Positions 1 to 12,965 of a DNA stretch of 64,000 nucleotides are shown in pieces. The DNA is taken from the NCBI RefSeq assembly GCF_001194135.2, contig NC_068982.1, forward strand, positions 36,209,712 through 36,273,711. The letters are read 5' to 3'. The translations under genes and the position numbers were made by a program. Position 1 is the first letter of the stretch. The number at the start of each line of letters is the position of its first letter. A model generated the notes under the pieces. The model ran no database searches. It was not told where the DNA came from and saw only the letters and a program-made list of their open reading frames with translations. The stretch is from Octopus bimaculoides (taxonomy: Eukaryota).

Positions 1-316
1 ACTCAAGTTAAATGTTAGATGTAAGTGGTATCGTCACCTCATAAAGACAATATCTATAAATTGTACAAGGCTTTGGGTAGGAGCCAGGTAGACTATGCAC
101 ACACCTTGTACATAGGATAGGTGTAAAGTGTATAGTGAATTAACAAAATACAAAACTTGTATAATGACTAAGAGTTATCAAGAAGTATAAAATGCATTCC
201 ATTGGTTCTGAAATGAAAGAGTAGAATTGTTATGATAGATATCTACAGAACAGCCTTTTTTACATTCAAAGAGAATTGAAATATATAAAAGAAAAAAATA
301 GGATAGAACTTTAATG

Positions 317-455
317 GAGAGAGAGAGAGAGAGAGAGATGGAGAGAGAGAGAGAGATGGAGAGAGAGAGAGAGATGGAGAGAGAGAGAGAGAGATGGAGA
401 GAGAGAGAGAGATGGAGAGAGAGAGGGGGGAGGGGAGAGAGAGAGTGAGAGAGAG
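317..455. repeat. (GA)n microsatellite with periodic GATG interruptions; representative of many SSRs
   Basis: Direct inspection. Others include (AAT)n 6892-6935, (TA)n 12282-12381, (GA)n 19248-19293, (TG)n 21951-21987, (GTAT)n ~47652-47697, (CAT)n ~53008-53050 and (ATT)/(AAT)/(AAG) ~53262-53325. Confidence 0.95.
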
Positions 456-3400
456 AGGATGAGAGAAAAATATATTAATTTACAAATAAACTAGTCAAAG
501 CGTTAGATTAAAACGACTGTCAAAGTTGCATTATTTTAGAAGGAATGAATGGCTGGACTATTTCAGCTTATGATGGAGATGATAAGGAGGTATGAAGTAA
601 TTGAAAGATTTAACTGAACATTGCAGTCAGTCAGTCAGTAGCTAACCCATAATAAAAGAAATAACACCTGTAAAGAAAAAAACTGTTAAAAGATACAAGA
701 AATTCCTCTGTTTGAAATGTACACAAAAATAATTGAGTTAAACACAGGTTTGCAAGCAACCTTACTTGAACAATTATGAAATGACATGCAAAACTATTTT
801 GTTTCTATAGTTTAAGCAAGTGAATATATTAAGTGGCAATGTCTGTAAAGATATTTGTCATGTGACTAAATATACACCCTTGCAAAGGAATGTCATATAA
901 AATATTTTTGAATTGATAATTGTAAAAATATGTACTTTTACATCAAATATTTTATTCTCTTTGCCAAAGTAACCAGATAAAATAGTGATAAAAGTAAAAT
1001 ACAGCATAACCTCAAATATATGAGAATATAACTAATATGGTATGAAACATGTTACTACTGCACACTACTTGAACGACATTATATTGTAAATAACTTTATT
1101 TTCTCTGTCAATTAGCTTTCTGATTTTCATTTCAGTTAAGAGATGCTACTATATGAAATGTTGGAAGCTAGAAATTCTAGAATGTTGTTGTTTAGACCCA
1201 GGTCAACTCTAAGCAAACAAAGTTATGACCAAAGAGATTTAAACCATATATATTTCATCTTTTTTTAACAACTGGGACTATGGTGTCCAGTGTAGCCTTT
1301 CTTTTCTAAGATACCAAGTGTGTTTTGAGGTAGATTTGGCTGTTATTTTAAACCGGTTCAGCTACCAGATAGTTTTATCATTGGCCTGAGAAGAGAAATT
1401 GTGAACAAATATAGTTGAAATCTCTATACTAGTGGTTATCAATCAATTTTTGCCTATAGGCCCCTTTGATTCCTACTTAATTCTACTGGACCTCCATAGC
1501 CATTCGATGTATATAAAAAAATCTTATTGTATTTACATAATTAAATATTATTAGTAATTGTATAAAAAACATGTTAAAATATTTTGTGTACTGCAGAAGT
1601 ATAGCTGCAGAGGTATAGTAAGTATGCACATAAACTTTAACAAACAAAACTTTACATGGCCTTTCCCCACCTCGCCTCTCGAAGGGTCATATGGACCCTA
1701 GCTAAGAACTACTGCTCTATATCTTTAGCGGAAATACTTTTATAAAAATATTTATTGATTTCAAATGCTTAATTATGCTATTGAACTTTGCTCAATGAAA
1801 AATAGGAATAAGAATTATTTTTCAATAGTTATAGAAGTAACAAGGAATATAATAATTTCAACAGAGTTGGAAAGAGTTCTTATTTTCTATGGATATACAC
1901 TTTTGCATATCTCATTCTCAAGAAGGGCAACTTCACTGATCCAGCAAATTACCATTCTATTTCTATAACTTAGAAATCTCAAAAGATAATTAGAGTGACA
2001 GAAGTAGTATTAACACCAAAAAGTAATATTTATCACCACTTAAAAGTGGATGTTGGATTAAAACCTTTCATATGACTTTGTGATACATATAAGCACTCTA
2101 GTTTACATTGCTAGTGGGAGACAATCACTGCCATTGCTGCAGCCAGAACCATCAGATCATATGATTTTGGCCTTCCTCGACCTTGTCATTAGGGCCTCTT
2201 TTAAATTATTAACCTAACTATAATTTTTGCAGCATTACAATGGTTATTTTTTTTTTTAGTTTTCATTCCAGTTTCATTTTTTTTTTTTTTACTTTAACCA
2301 ATGGGGTAAAATAAATTTAAGTCAGATGAAAACTAAAAGCAAAATATGTTAAGAATTTTGAAATTGACTGAGTTACATTTACATAAATAGTAAAGAATAT
2401 TAGATATGTGTGAAGAAAATATGAACCTTGTGTGGTGGTAGGGAGCTAAGGATATAATATGCGGTATGAAAACAGGAATGTTTGTAATGTCTGGGAACTG
2501 CTTGGCTCGTATAAAAGGTACGAACTCATCTTTTGTATCACTTAAAGTTTTGGCAGCTGCTGTGACTACAACTACTAGTATTATCTCCACCATTGCCACC
2601 ATACTCTCATCCCCACCACTGTTTACCTCCACAGCAACTATGACTAACACCTTCCCTACCATCACCACGTCCATTGCAACTATCATTACCACCCCCACCA
2701 TTATTAGTCTTTCGTAGTTGTCTGGGAAGATGAACAAGATAGTATGTAAAATTTAATTTAGCTCCTCTGAACAAATTGAAAGACTGCAACTGAAAATAGT
2801 GACATTACAACACACTATTGCAACTAAATTTTAATTGTTGAATAATAGAAGCCATTTTCACTTTGTCTACCTTCTATAATTACAAGTAAATAAATAAATA
2901 AATAAATAAAGACTTAATGACGTACAACTTACACAGTTAGAAAACTAGGTTTATAGTTAGATCATGCTGGTGAGAAAAGAATGCAAAGTTGATAATGAAA
3001 ATAATTTGCTGTTTATAGAATTGAAACTGGGCAACCTTTAATTTGCTAACAAAAAAATCAAACAGTAAAATAATCATATGCAGTCATATGCAAGCATTTA
3101 TAAATATTATTTTTATTGGCTGAGATGTATATGTGTGTGTAGGTTATATTAGTTGAAGTTGATCATGCATCTGCACATGTATGCACAGGCCTGGGTAAGA
3201 TATTTTTAGTGAGGAGAACTGACAGTTGCTCATGCATGCAAGTCTCCCATCTCCTTACCACTAATGCTTATCCAAAGGAAAGGTCACCAACATGGGCTGA
3301 TACAGCTTGACACAAGTGTCATTGCAAAAACTGCTACTAGAACAGTGAGCTGGAACAGACACAACAAACAGCAAAGGTATCTTATCCAACACTCTGATGG

Positions 3401-4004
3401 CCACCCAAGATTTATACTTTGATTAATGTAATCAATAATTATATGACATAATATAAAATAAAGGTGGAATACACACAAAGTGGAAACCTAACTGAAGACT
3501 AATTGCAAATTCCTGGTATTACAATAAATGTAATAAAGCATAACAAATGTTAACTGCTAGATACATATCAAAAATAAATTGAGAGCACAGTTTTCATTGC
3601 TGATCTTCAATGAATGAAAGACACAGAAAGATCAGAAATACACACAAGAGACAAAATCATATTTCTAAATTCCACAATAGTTAACTGGATTCAATACAAA
3701 AAAACTTAAACCATTTACTGCCATATTGCGATAGACATAATAATATGGTTAACAGGTTTGCTTCAAAAACACATGGTCCCAAATAAATGGAAGTTGTGTG
3801 GACCCTTTAGAAGGACTATATCTTTTCTTGGATAGTAGTTTTAATCCATCATTTGGTTAAGATCACTACCTGATCCTAGGGTGCCTGCAGCAGAGTCCAT
3901 TCAGTTGCTAGCAATTATACCAAGTGACCTGCTTCCTATTGCAGCAATCCCTAAGTTGTGATTTTTCTTTTTCACTTTCCATCCAGTGTCTATGAACTTT
4001 TTAT

Positions 4005-4073
4005 AGAGCAGTGTCTATGAACTTTTTATAGGTCCTCTAAGAGGACCTATAAAAAGTTCATAGACACTGCTCT
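4005..4073. repeat. Perfect 33-bp inverted repeat with TAA loop
   Basis: AGAGCAGTGTCTATGAACTTTTTATAGGTCCTC-TAA-reverse complement, with a 23-nt direct duplicate at 3984-4006. Confidence 0.95.
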
Positions 4074-6699
4074 TTCACCACCAAGTCACAAAAATAATAA
4101 ATAAAAACTTTCTTGATAATTTTGTTGTCAGCAAATATTAGATTAACAATGCAAAGATAGATTCAACTGCAGTTAGCAAAGAGAAAATTCTCTAGTAGAA
4201 TTATTCTACAGACTTAACAGCTCTTTAAAATTATTTGACAGAGATGAAAATTAAGGAATTCCATGAAAAATTTTCAATAGCACATAGATAACTAACAGTG
4301 TATTAAAAAACTTAAAGAAAGAGGACTTGGTTACTGAGGGTTATTAGTTGTTTTATAATGTAGTGGAATAATACAAGATATTATCTATCTGCAATAGTAT
4401 ACTTTAACAAATTGAGACATCTGGCATCAATTGAGGATTCAAGACTGAAAATATTTATGTACTTTTAGAAACATTTCTCTAACACAGTTAAAGTTGATAA
4501 CATTTTGTCATTGTCATTGTTGTCGTTTTAACATCTATCTCAATGTATTCTGCCCAGCCCATGCAAGCATGGAAGTGAATGAGTTGGTTGGGATATGATG
4601 TGGCTTTTCTATAGTCAGATGCTCTTCCTGTCACCAACTATCACCTGTTTCTAAGTAAGGCAATATTTCCCTCATGACCAGATATGGTTTCATGGAAGTT
4701 TGAAAACAAAGGGTACGGTTTGCATGATGGTGACATTTGTTTACAATTATCATATGATGACAAAGCAAGGAGATAATAACATACACACTCACACCCATAC
4801 ATACATGTGCACATGCACACACACACACACAACAGATTTTTTCAGCTTCCATAGACCAAATTCACTCAAAAGGGTTTGGTTGATCCAGGACTATAGAAGA
4901 TACTTGCCCAAGGTGTCATGCAGTGGGACTGAACCTGGAATCATGTGATTGGGAGGCAAACTTCTTACCACACAGCCATGCTTGAGCTGTTTCAGATGTT
5001 AAATGGTAATCAATGCATTTTGTGACATGATCTACAATCCTCTTATAAATGTTAGTCATAAGTATCAAATAATACCTAAAATATAGAACACTAATTTTTT
5101 TGTTTACTGTGTTACATCTTTAAAACAGTATGTACTTACAAAAATGAAGTCTTATATTAATGAAATCAAACTGGTTTCAATATTTATTATTTTAACAGAG
5201 AAATGTTGAGGATATTGTTACCTAATATTTCAAAGTAATCTTCAGGAAATATTCGCAGTATAAGAAAGGAGCATTCATTTTGTGAGCAGAAATACCTAAT
5301 TTATCAAGATGGTATATCCTGTCTGCTTGAAAGAAACATTCAGGCTGCTAAAAGGAAAATCTTGAAAATTTTCTGAAATATGTTATGCATTCACTTAGAA
5401 CTAACTCTGTAAAAATAATTACTAACAATCAAAGCAAAATATAAGTATTATTCATTAAAATTCAATGTAGCCTAAGTTACAGGACATAGTTTAAAAATAC
5501 ATATAAAGAAGGCTACATGTTCAAAGAATAAAAAATATTGTACATAAAATTTGTTGCACTCACAATGTTCAATTCAGAATAATTTTATAAAATGAGTGTC
5601 ATGATAATTCCTTCAAAATATCTTTAGAGATTTGCAGTGATTTATAATTTTTCTGGAAGAATATAAATGAATGAGAATATATTATTTTTAATATAACATA
5701 CTGAATCCACTGCTACAATAAAGTTAGTTTGCTGCCAGTTGGCAATTACAAGAAATTATAGGAAATGAAACTATGATTGAGTTCTGTTCATTTCCGAAAA
5801 ATAGTTAATTTTGTAAATAGTGATGAGACCAACAAAAAAAAAAAAATGAACCTTAATGAAGACTACTGAAAAATATATGAGATATGAAATAATTTGTAGC
5901 TTGGAGTAAATCCAAGAAGAAAAATATGTTATAAAGAAGTGTAGGAATGTGGAGAAACCTGAGAGAAATGACTGATAGTTTTCTGAGAAATTTGCTCATG
6001 GAATCATATTGCATAGGTTCAATATGACACAAAATAGGTACTACAAACATCATTTCTCACATACTCCACTGTGATAATATTTGGAGTTGCCCTTTGTCCT
6101 TGAAATAAGTTTTAGTTAAGCTCTTTGTTTTTTCATATTGAAAAAAATTAGTTCTATAAGCCTAATTAGTTGTTTATTAGAATACCTTTTAGGAGATTAA
6201 TTCTGACATTCAGTCCTATTTAGGCACTTCTATATATGTGGAAATTCTTGCTCTTTATTTGAATATATATGAATTTGAGATGTTCCTAAGCAAACAGAAA
6301 TGAAGGTTAGGTTTTTGATGACATATTTTGTAAGCAGCTGCTCATTGAATGATATACTGATAAGCAATGTTGAAATGGTTATTGGAAAATAGTGTAGTAA
6401 CCAATTATCTAAGTAATAATTGGTTCCTAATGATACACATATAGAAATATGTCAGTAAAACAATGAAACTGGCTCATGCTCTATTTTTTAGTGTTTATTG
6501 ATTCATTTCAGCACTTGGGAACTTCCTTGTTATGATGTCAACGAGGCCACAGTAAATTCCATGTAAACTAGTTCTTGAATGTTTTATTAGCAAAACATCG
6601 ACATGCAAAAATAAAAAAAAAAGAAACAAAAACAAAAAGACAAGAGATAATCAAAGAATGTAACATTGTAATACTTCATGTAAAGTAAATATAACAAAT

Positions 6700-6890
6700 G
6701 AAAAATCCTTCAAGAATCCATAAAAATTCCCGGATTACTACCAAAATTTCATCATCTGTTTCTCATGTCATTACCAACTTTTCCTGCAAGTTTCATTAAA
6801 TACCGTTCATAACTTTTTGAGTTATTTTGCACACAGACGGACAAACCAATGCCGATGAAAACATAACCTCCTTCCTTGTCGGAGGTAGTA
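6700..6890 (+). mobile_element. Non-autonomous Helitron/Helentron-like 3' end
   Basis: ACAGACGGACAAAC...GAAAACATAACCTCC-(9 nt)-GGAGGTA subterminal hairpin (6866-6886), typical of HINE/DINE-like ends. Confidence 0.5.
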
Positions 6891-6935
<45 letters not shown>

Positions 6936-7190
6936 GAATTCCTTCAGACAAAAACATTGCAGACAAAGAATTTGAAAAGATCTTGAAAAATGCTAAATTA
7001 AAAGTAGAAATATCATGATTATGAGATACCCAGCAACAAAAGTGAAAGTTATACCAATTAACATCAGAACATTAGAGCTAATTGAAAAAACAAAAGAAAC
7101 TATCATACCATCTGGAATGGTCAGAGGTCAAGGGAGACATGTGAATACTCCAAGATCTGTTCTCTTTAAAACTAAGGCCTTTTGTATAGC
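6936..7190 (+). mobile_element. 5'-truncated RLE-type non-LTR fragment (R4/Dong-like) starting at an (AAT)n tract
   Basis: IPSDKNIADKEFEKILKNAKLKVEIS...KVKVIPINIRTLELI matches the RLE C-terminal pattern P.D.N...KE.EK..KY..L..E......V.P...G.LG. Confidence 0.6.
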
Positions 7191-7941
7191 CTTGACAGTT
7201 TGCATGAAGGAAAAAAAAAAGGCACTAACAAAAATCATACTGTACAATGAAAAAATAATAATAGAAATAAAAACCACATAAGCTTAGCTCTTTGAATTAT
7301 TCTATGTAAACAATGATGCATTTGGGTTCATAAGTAATGTTTGCTTTAGTTCATACTTAAATGAACTAAATTTCTAGAATATTTAGCCTTGGCCTAGGAA
7401 CTAAATATAGACTGCAGTAATTGTTTAACAAAAGTAGGAGATAGAAAGAAGTGGTTACAAGGAATTTTCCTGAAAAGAAAGTTATGACATATATGTCAAA
7501 AGTGTAGTGTTTTGCAATGAATTATGGACAATAGTAATGGAAAACCTATAATAGTTTGTACAGCCCATTGGATGTATAATGAGAGAAGAAAAAGAAATCC
7601 ATAAAGTAACAGTACTAAAAACCATTTATAAGAGAATTTTTGTTGAAAGCAAGAAAGATAATGGATGTGCATAACATCATAGTCAAGAAGTTCCTATTCT
7701 TCAATTCATGTCTGCATGAAGTGAATGTGATAAAACTAAAATGATAGTTCTTTGTATGTCAGCATATATCAATTGTTTCCACACAACATGCAATTCTTGC
7801 ATACTGTCTTCCTATTTCTTAAGCATGTTTTTGTCTTATAGTTAGCACCTTTATTTTGGTTGCCTCCCACTTAAGAGTATTTTATTTGAAAATTACTCCT
7901 AGAAGTCAGAAATTCTGAAGCGTTGCAACAAATTTTTGCAA

Positions 7942-8200
7942 TTAAAATGAAGGTGTAAACTGAGGTTTTGATAAGCATCTGGTGTGATTTTCTAAAAAAG
8001 GAACAAAGATAAATTCTTGCTCGATACTTAACCATATGCCAAATAGTCTCATCATAATTTTAACAGTTGCATGAACAGCTTTGACAAGATGTTCTTCCAC
8101 ATATAATTTTGTCACTGTCCTTTGGAAACAAGTAGAATGCAGAACTGTACTAAATACCTTCTCTATGCTTACAAATATATGAAAGTGTTGCTTCTTCTTA
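7942..8200 (-). mobile_element. Decayed RTE reverse transcriptase fragment
   Basis: HIFVSIEKVFSTV...TKLYVEEHLVKAVHA resembles YLAFVDMEKAFDRV...RKLGVEEWLVRAVQA. Confidence 0.6.
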
Positions 8201-10551
8201 GACTGTCTAGATATATCCATATACACACACTCACATATTTATATCAGATACATCAAATGTAAATATAAAACAACTGTTTAGAACACATTTAGAAACTTAG
8301 CCATACAGAAGCATGCGTGCGCGTGCACACACACACACACACACAGAGGAAGTGAAACAATCACAGATGCTACTTTCAGCAGAATGAGATGTAATAAACA
8401 ATATTGAACAAAGACAGCAGTACACCCTTCAGTAGTTTCTGGCATAAGAAGTCTAAGAAAAATTGTTCCACTTATCTTTTGTGTTAGTCAACAGCATGTG
8501 TTGATTGGGCTTTCTCTAAACCACATTGAGTTATCTCTGTTGGACTTGAGTCCAATAATAGCCTTTAATTTTTTTCTTTCTCTGCATGATTGACCTACCT
8601 GTTCTTACTTCCAACCAAACAAACTACAATGCAAACAAGCTAATGTAAAAGCTCTATGTGGTTAGTTGGTTTGCTAAAAATAGAAGCCAAATCTCTTGAA
8701 AATCACATTAACCATCTTTAATAAGAAAAAGAACATATTGGATAATGTAGCCTGGAATAAATAGTCGGAAAAATCTGGATGATCACAACTGAGTCGGGAC
8801 CAATCTGGTGCTAAACAACAATAACTCCAATGTAGATTCCCACAAGGCTTCAGCTCTATATAATCTAGCTATCTCCTGTAAGACATAAACTACTTGTTTT
8901 AACAAACAACTTGAAACCATTCTGCAATGGGAATAAAATAACCTAGTCTCCTTCAACAATATTACTGAATCTCATATCAATCAAGGGATCTATCTCCAAA
9001 GCTACATTCTACTCATAAACCATTCATATTTAAACCTTACAAATGCTTAGCCTCAGAATTTCTGATGACTTCACATGGCAACCACACATCTGAAACATAG
9101 CCAAAACTCCACCTCTATGTAAATCCTTTTCATTAAAGTCCGAATCTACTCCATCCCTGAACAATTAATAATCTTATACAAGGCACATGTGCAGTTTGCA
9201 CAAGAGTAATGCATATGTATCTGGGGCAAAGTAATAGCTATACATACAAATAAGTAGTTCAAGTCCCTCACAAAAAAAAAAAAAAAAAATCCCCCAAAAC
9301 AAAAAACGCAACAACTGATCAGCAAAAATTCACTCTCTAACATTCTACAATCATTTGTACACTGATATGCTGTATCCTCCACCTGGCTCTGCTGCCATGA
9401 TATAATCCTCCCCCTGTCTCTATTACAATGGTTGCATACACTTCTGAATGAGCAAGTTGTGTACCCAGGCAAATTCAATTAATCAATTACCATTATTATT
9501 GTATTTCACCTCCCAAATTCTGTGATAAACACTGAAACCTCCTCTTGTACACTTACTGTCCACATTTTCCTATCCACACATTAATTTGCAAACGTTCAAG
9601 TTCAGACATAAGCTCCATCAACCTCACCAACCTGGGAGAACCAGCAAAAGCTATAGGCACTGACCCACCACCCTCAACTGAAGTGCAAAAAAAAAAAAAA
9701 TCCAAGAGAGTAGAATAGAAATGCACATAAATGATAGACGGTGAGCAGATAAAAGTGAGATGCATGTAAAAGAATATTCCAAGAGACACAGCAATAGATA
9801 GTGTATAAAGTTTTCAATGACAGTTGTATAGTAAGATATCAGATATCTATTGTTTGTAGCATTTCTAGAAGTTAGCTTGGCAACCTCATCACCCTGTACA
9901 GTAGCAGTGGATCTTTTAAGAATCTCTCAGCAGACATGCTTTGAACAAGAAAGGAATGTCTGTTGCAAAAGATTTAAAAAAGAAAAAGAAATATAAAAAA
10001 GAATGCCAAGCATTTAGGTAATAGGTTGAACATAATACTTCATGGCATACAGTTTGTCTGAGAGAATATTTACCTTAGTTTATAAGGCAAAAATTCTATG
10101 AATAAGAAAATTGCCAATTATCTTATCTATAAATCATATTGCTCATATTTGATAAAGAAAATAAATTCTTATATATATTCCAGGAATTAGTTCAGAATAA
10201 ACTAACAAATATTTTCAGCTAGTAACATAGAATGAGGAAAATCATTTCTCTTATGTTATGGTTATCTTTTTAACCAAAGTTCAACATTTAAAGTAATTGC
10301 AACACTTCCATGAAATGAGTTGCTATTTAGCTTAAAAAATTTTTTCATACAAAAATTTTTTTGCATTCATTAACATGATTTCAAGATGAAAATATAACAT
10401 AGATTGTTCTTTTAGTTATACTGTTTAGGTACACATATACACACTAATGTGCAAGTGTCTGCAATTGTGAACAGGTGATCTATATGATACTAGTAAACAT
10501 ATGCACACACACATATATATGTATGTAGGCATGCATGCATGTATATGTAAA

Positions 10552-10587
<36 letters not shown>

Positions 10588-10890
10588 AACTAATTGCATT
10601 TGAGTCTACTGTCTGATACATCTTAGTTGAATAAAATAGATAGGACAGTCTGACTACATGTAAAACTGCAGATATATCTCCATATTTCTCAGAGCATGCA
10701 CAACTATAACAACAGTTTTACAGCTAGCTGAGTGAAATGGTGATATGATCTTCACATCCCTTCTTGATATTACAGGAAATAAGTCATTGACAAACCCATG
10801 CTAAAATGAAAAACAGACATTAAATGAATGATGAATGAATATCTGAACACATACACACTACCCCAATACATATACATATACATACATATA

Positions 10891-11040
10891 TCATCATCAT
10901 CGTTTAACGTCCGCTTTCCATGCTAGCATGGGTTGGACGATTTGACTGAGGACTGGTGAAACCGGATGGCAACACCAGGCTCCAGTCTGATTTGGCAGAG
11001 TTTCTACAGCTGGATGCCCTTCCTAACGCCAACCACTCAG
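10891..11040 (-). mobile_element. Young RTE-tail short element, (CAT)n-flanked
   Basis: The first ~76 nt are identical to the copy starting at ~34777, and it retains CpGs. Confidence 0.8.
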
Positions 11041-11061
11041 AGTATATATATATATATTTAT

Positions 11062-11580
11062 GTCATCATCATCATTTAAAGTGCGTTGGCCATGGGTTGG
11101 ACGGTTTGACCAGGGCTGGCAAGCTGGAAAGTTGCACCAGACACCAGTCTGATTTGGCATGGTTTATATGGCTGGATGCCCTTCCTAATGTCAATCACTC
11201 TGAGAGTGTAAAGGGTGGTTATGGGTGCCTTTTGCAGGACACTGGTATCTGTTACAACTGCAATTTTGCACGACTTGACAGCTCTTCTCAAACACGACAT
11301 AATGCCAAAAATCATTGCCTCTGTGAGGCCCAACACTTGAAAGGAACTCAGCCACTTTGCCTCTGTGAGGCCCAATGCTCGAAAGCAACACAGCCACTTT
11401 GCCTCCGTGAGGCCCAATGCTCGAACAGTGCGACACCAACATCAGTCTCGACTATGATTTCACTTGGCTTCACAGGTCTTCTCAAGCACACCATATCGTC
11501 AAAGGTCTTGGTCACTAGTCATTGCTTCTGTGAGGCTCAAAGTTTGAAGGTCATGCTTCATCACCTCATCCCATGTCTCT
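11062..11580 (-). mobile_element. RTE LINE 3' end fragment
   Basis: Reverse complement of the same ORF end and tail family as 31479-32240, with an internal triplication of TTGCCTCTGTGAGGCCCAA. Confidence 0.75.
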
Positions 11581-12277
11581 CACTCTCTCTCTATATATAT
11601 ATTTAAGTACACACACATGCATACACACACAAACACCACACTCACAAATATGTCCAAATGTTTATGTGTGACACTCTGGGCAAGTGTTTCTTACTATAGC
11701 CTCAGGCTGACCAAAAGCTTGAGTGTATTTGGTAGATGGGAACTGAAAGAATCCATCATGTGTGTGTGTGTGCATGTGTTAAAACAATGATACCAATGCA
11801 AACATGGAAAAATGGATGCTAAAATGATGATACCCTTACATTATGATCTGTAAAACTAACAAGTTCAAATGCTTTCCTACTTCTGGAGAAGCCAGAGCTT
11901 CAGATTACGAATGGCATTTAATGGCTAGAAGGCAGTATTTCCTTCTCTATTAAACTCAGCACACTCACATACTCAATCTTAAATTACTTTTCAAAATTAT
12001 CATTTATATATGAGTGTGTGTATGTGTGTGTGTATTGAATGGTCTAAAAAAGAGGAGGGGAAATATATCATCAAGATGTAGAAAACCTAAGTGGACATTA
12101 AAAATGAGAAAAAAGCCATGTGTTCAGTAGAAACAACTGTAATGAGATAAGGGGGGAAAATTCAGTCATAGGGGTGGTTGTAGAATTGATGATATTTGTG
12201 AGTGGTAAGTGTGTGTATTGCTTTAAGAAGTTAAATGATGTTTTTATGATGTTTTATAGCATTTTAAGACCATTAAA

Positions 12278-12385
<108 letters not shown>

Positions 12386-12629
12386 GAAAAATACAGAAAA
12401 AAAAACAATGTACTGTTTACTCCTTACCTGATTTTGGTTTATAAGTTGCTGAAAACATTTTAATGTTATAAGGAAAAAAATTTATTTTAGGAATAGAGAT
12501 TATTCTTGTTTTTAGTTTTAGTTTGTTTGATAGATGTTGAAAGTCTCTTTTGACTTCTTTCAACTTCTTTAAAATCTTTTGAGTGTAAGTAATGTGACTT
12601 CTGTCATGCAATTTCAACATAGTACCTAC

Positions 12630-12965
12630 ATAATAGCACTTTCATGCCACTTTGTTTTCAGTGCCATTGAAGGCAACTGCATTATTATCATTCTGTATAC
12701 ACTTCTCAATGATAGCTTGGTTTTCTCAAGCACACTGGCTCGCAATCCTGAAAGACTCAATCAAACCTCTGATCCTCCTGTTGCAGAATATGGGCAAACT
12801 TCTTTCTGCTTCTTTCCTTAGTAAGTTTACCTGACATCTAGTTTCTCCTCTAACTACTTGATGTTTTTCTTTGCTACCCACTTTTTTTCAGTTTACATAA
12901 GCCTGCCTTGTCTTCACTTTTATAGCCCTATCTACATCATTATTCCATCATGATCAATCTCCTTT
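12630..12965 (-). mobile_element. Decayed RTE ORF fragment (EN-RT linker)
   Basis: Minus strand *WNNDVDRAIKVK...FRIASQCA*ENQAIIEKCIQND, similar to the RTE WWN..V..AIK..K and FRIARQ..REN segments. Contains stops. Confidence 0.6.

Noticed and set aside
2607-2789. Minus-strand ORF after a TTTTCAG acceptor (LQSFNLFRGAKLNFTYYLVHLPRQ...)
   Set aside because: No recognisable homology, no donor, and it runs into low-complexity sequence.
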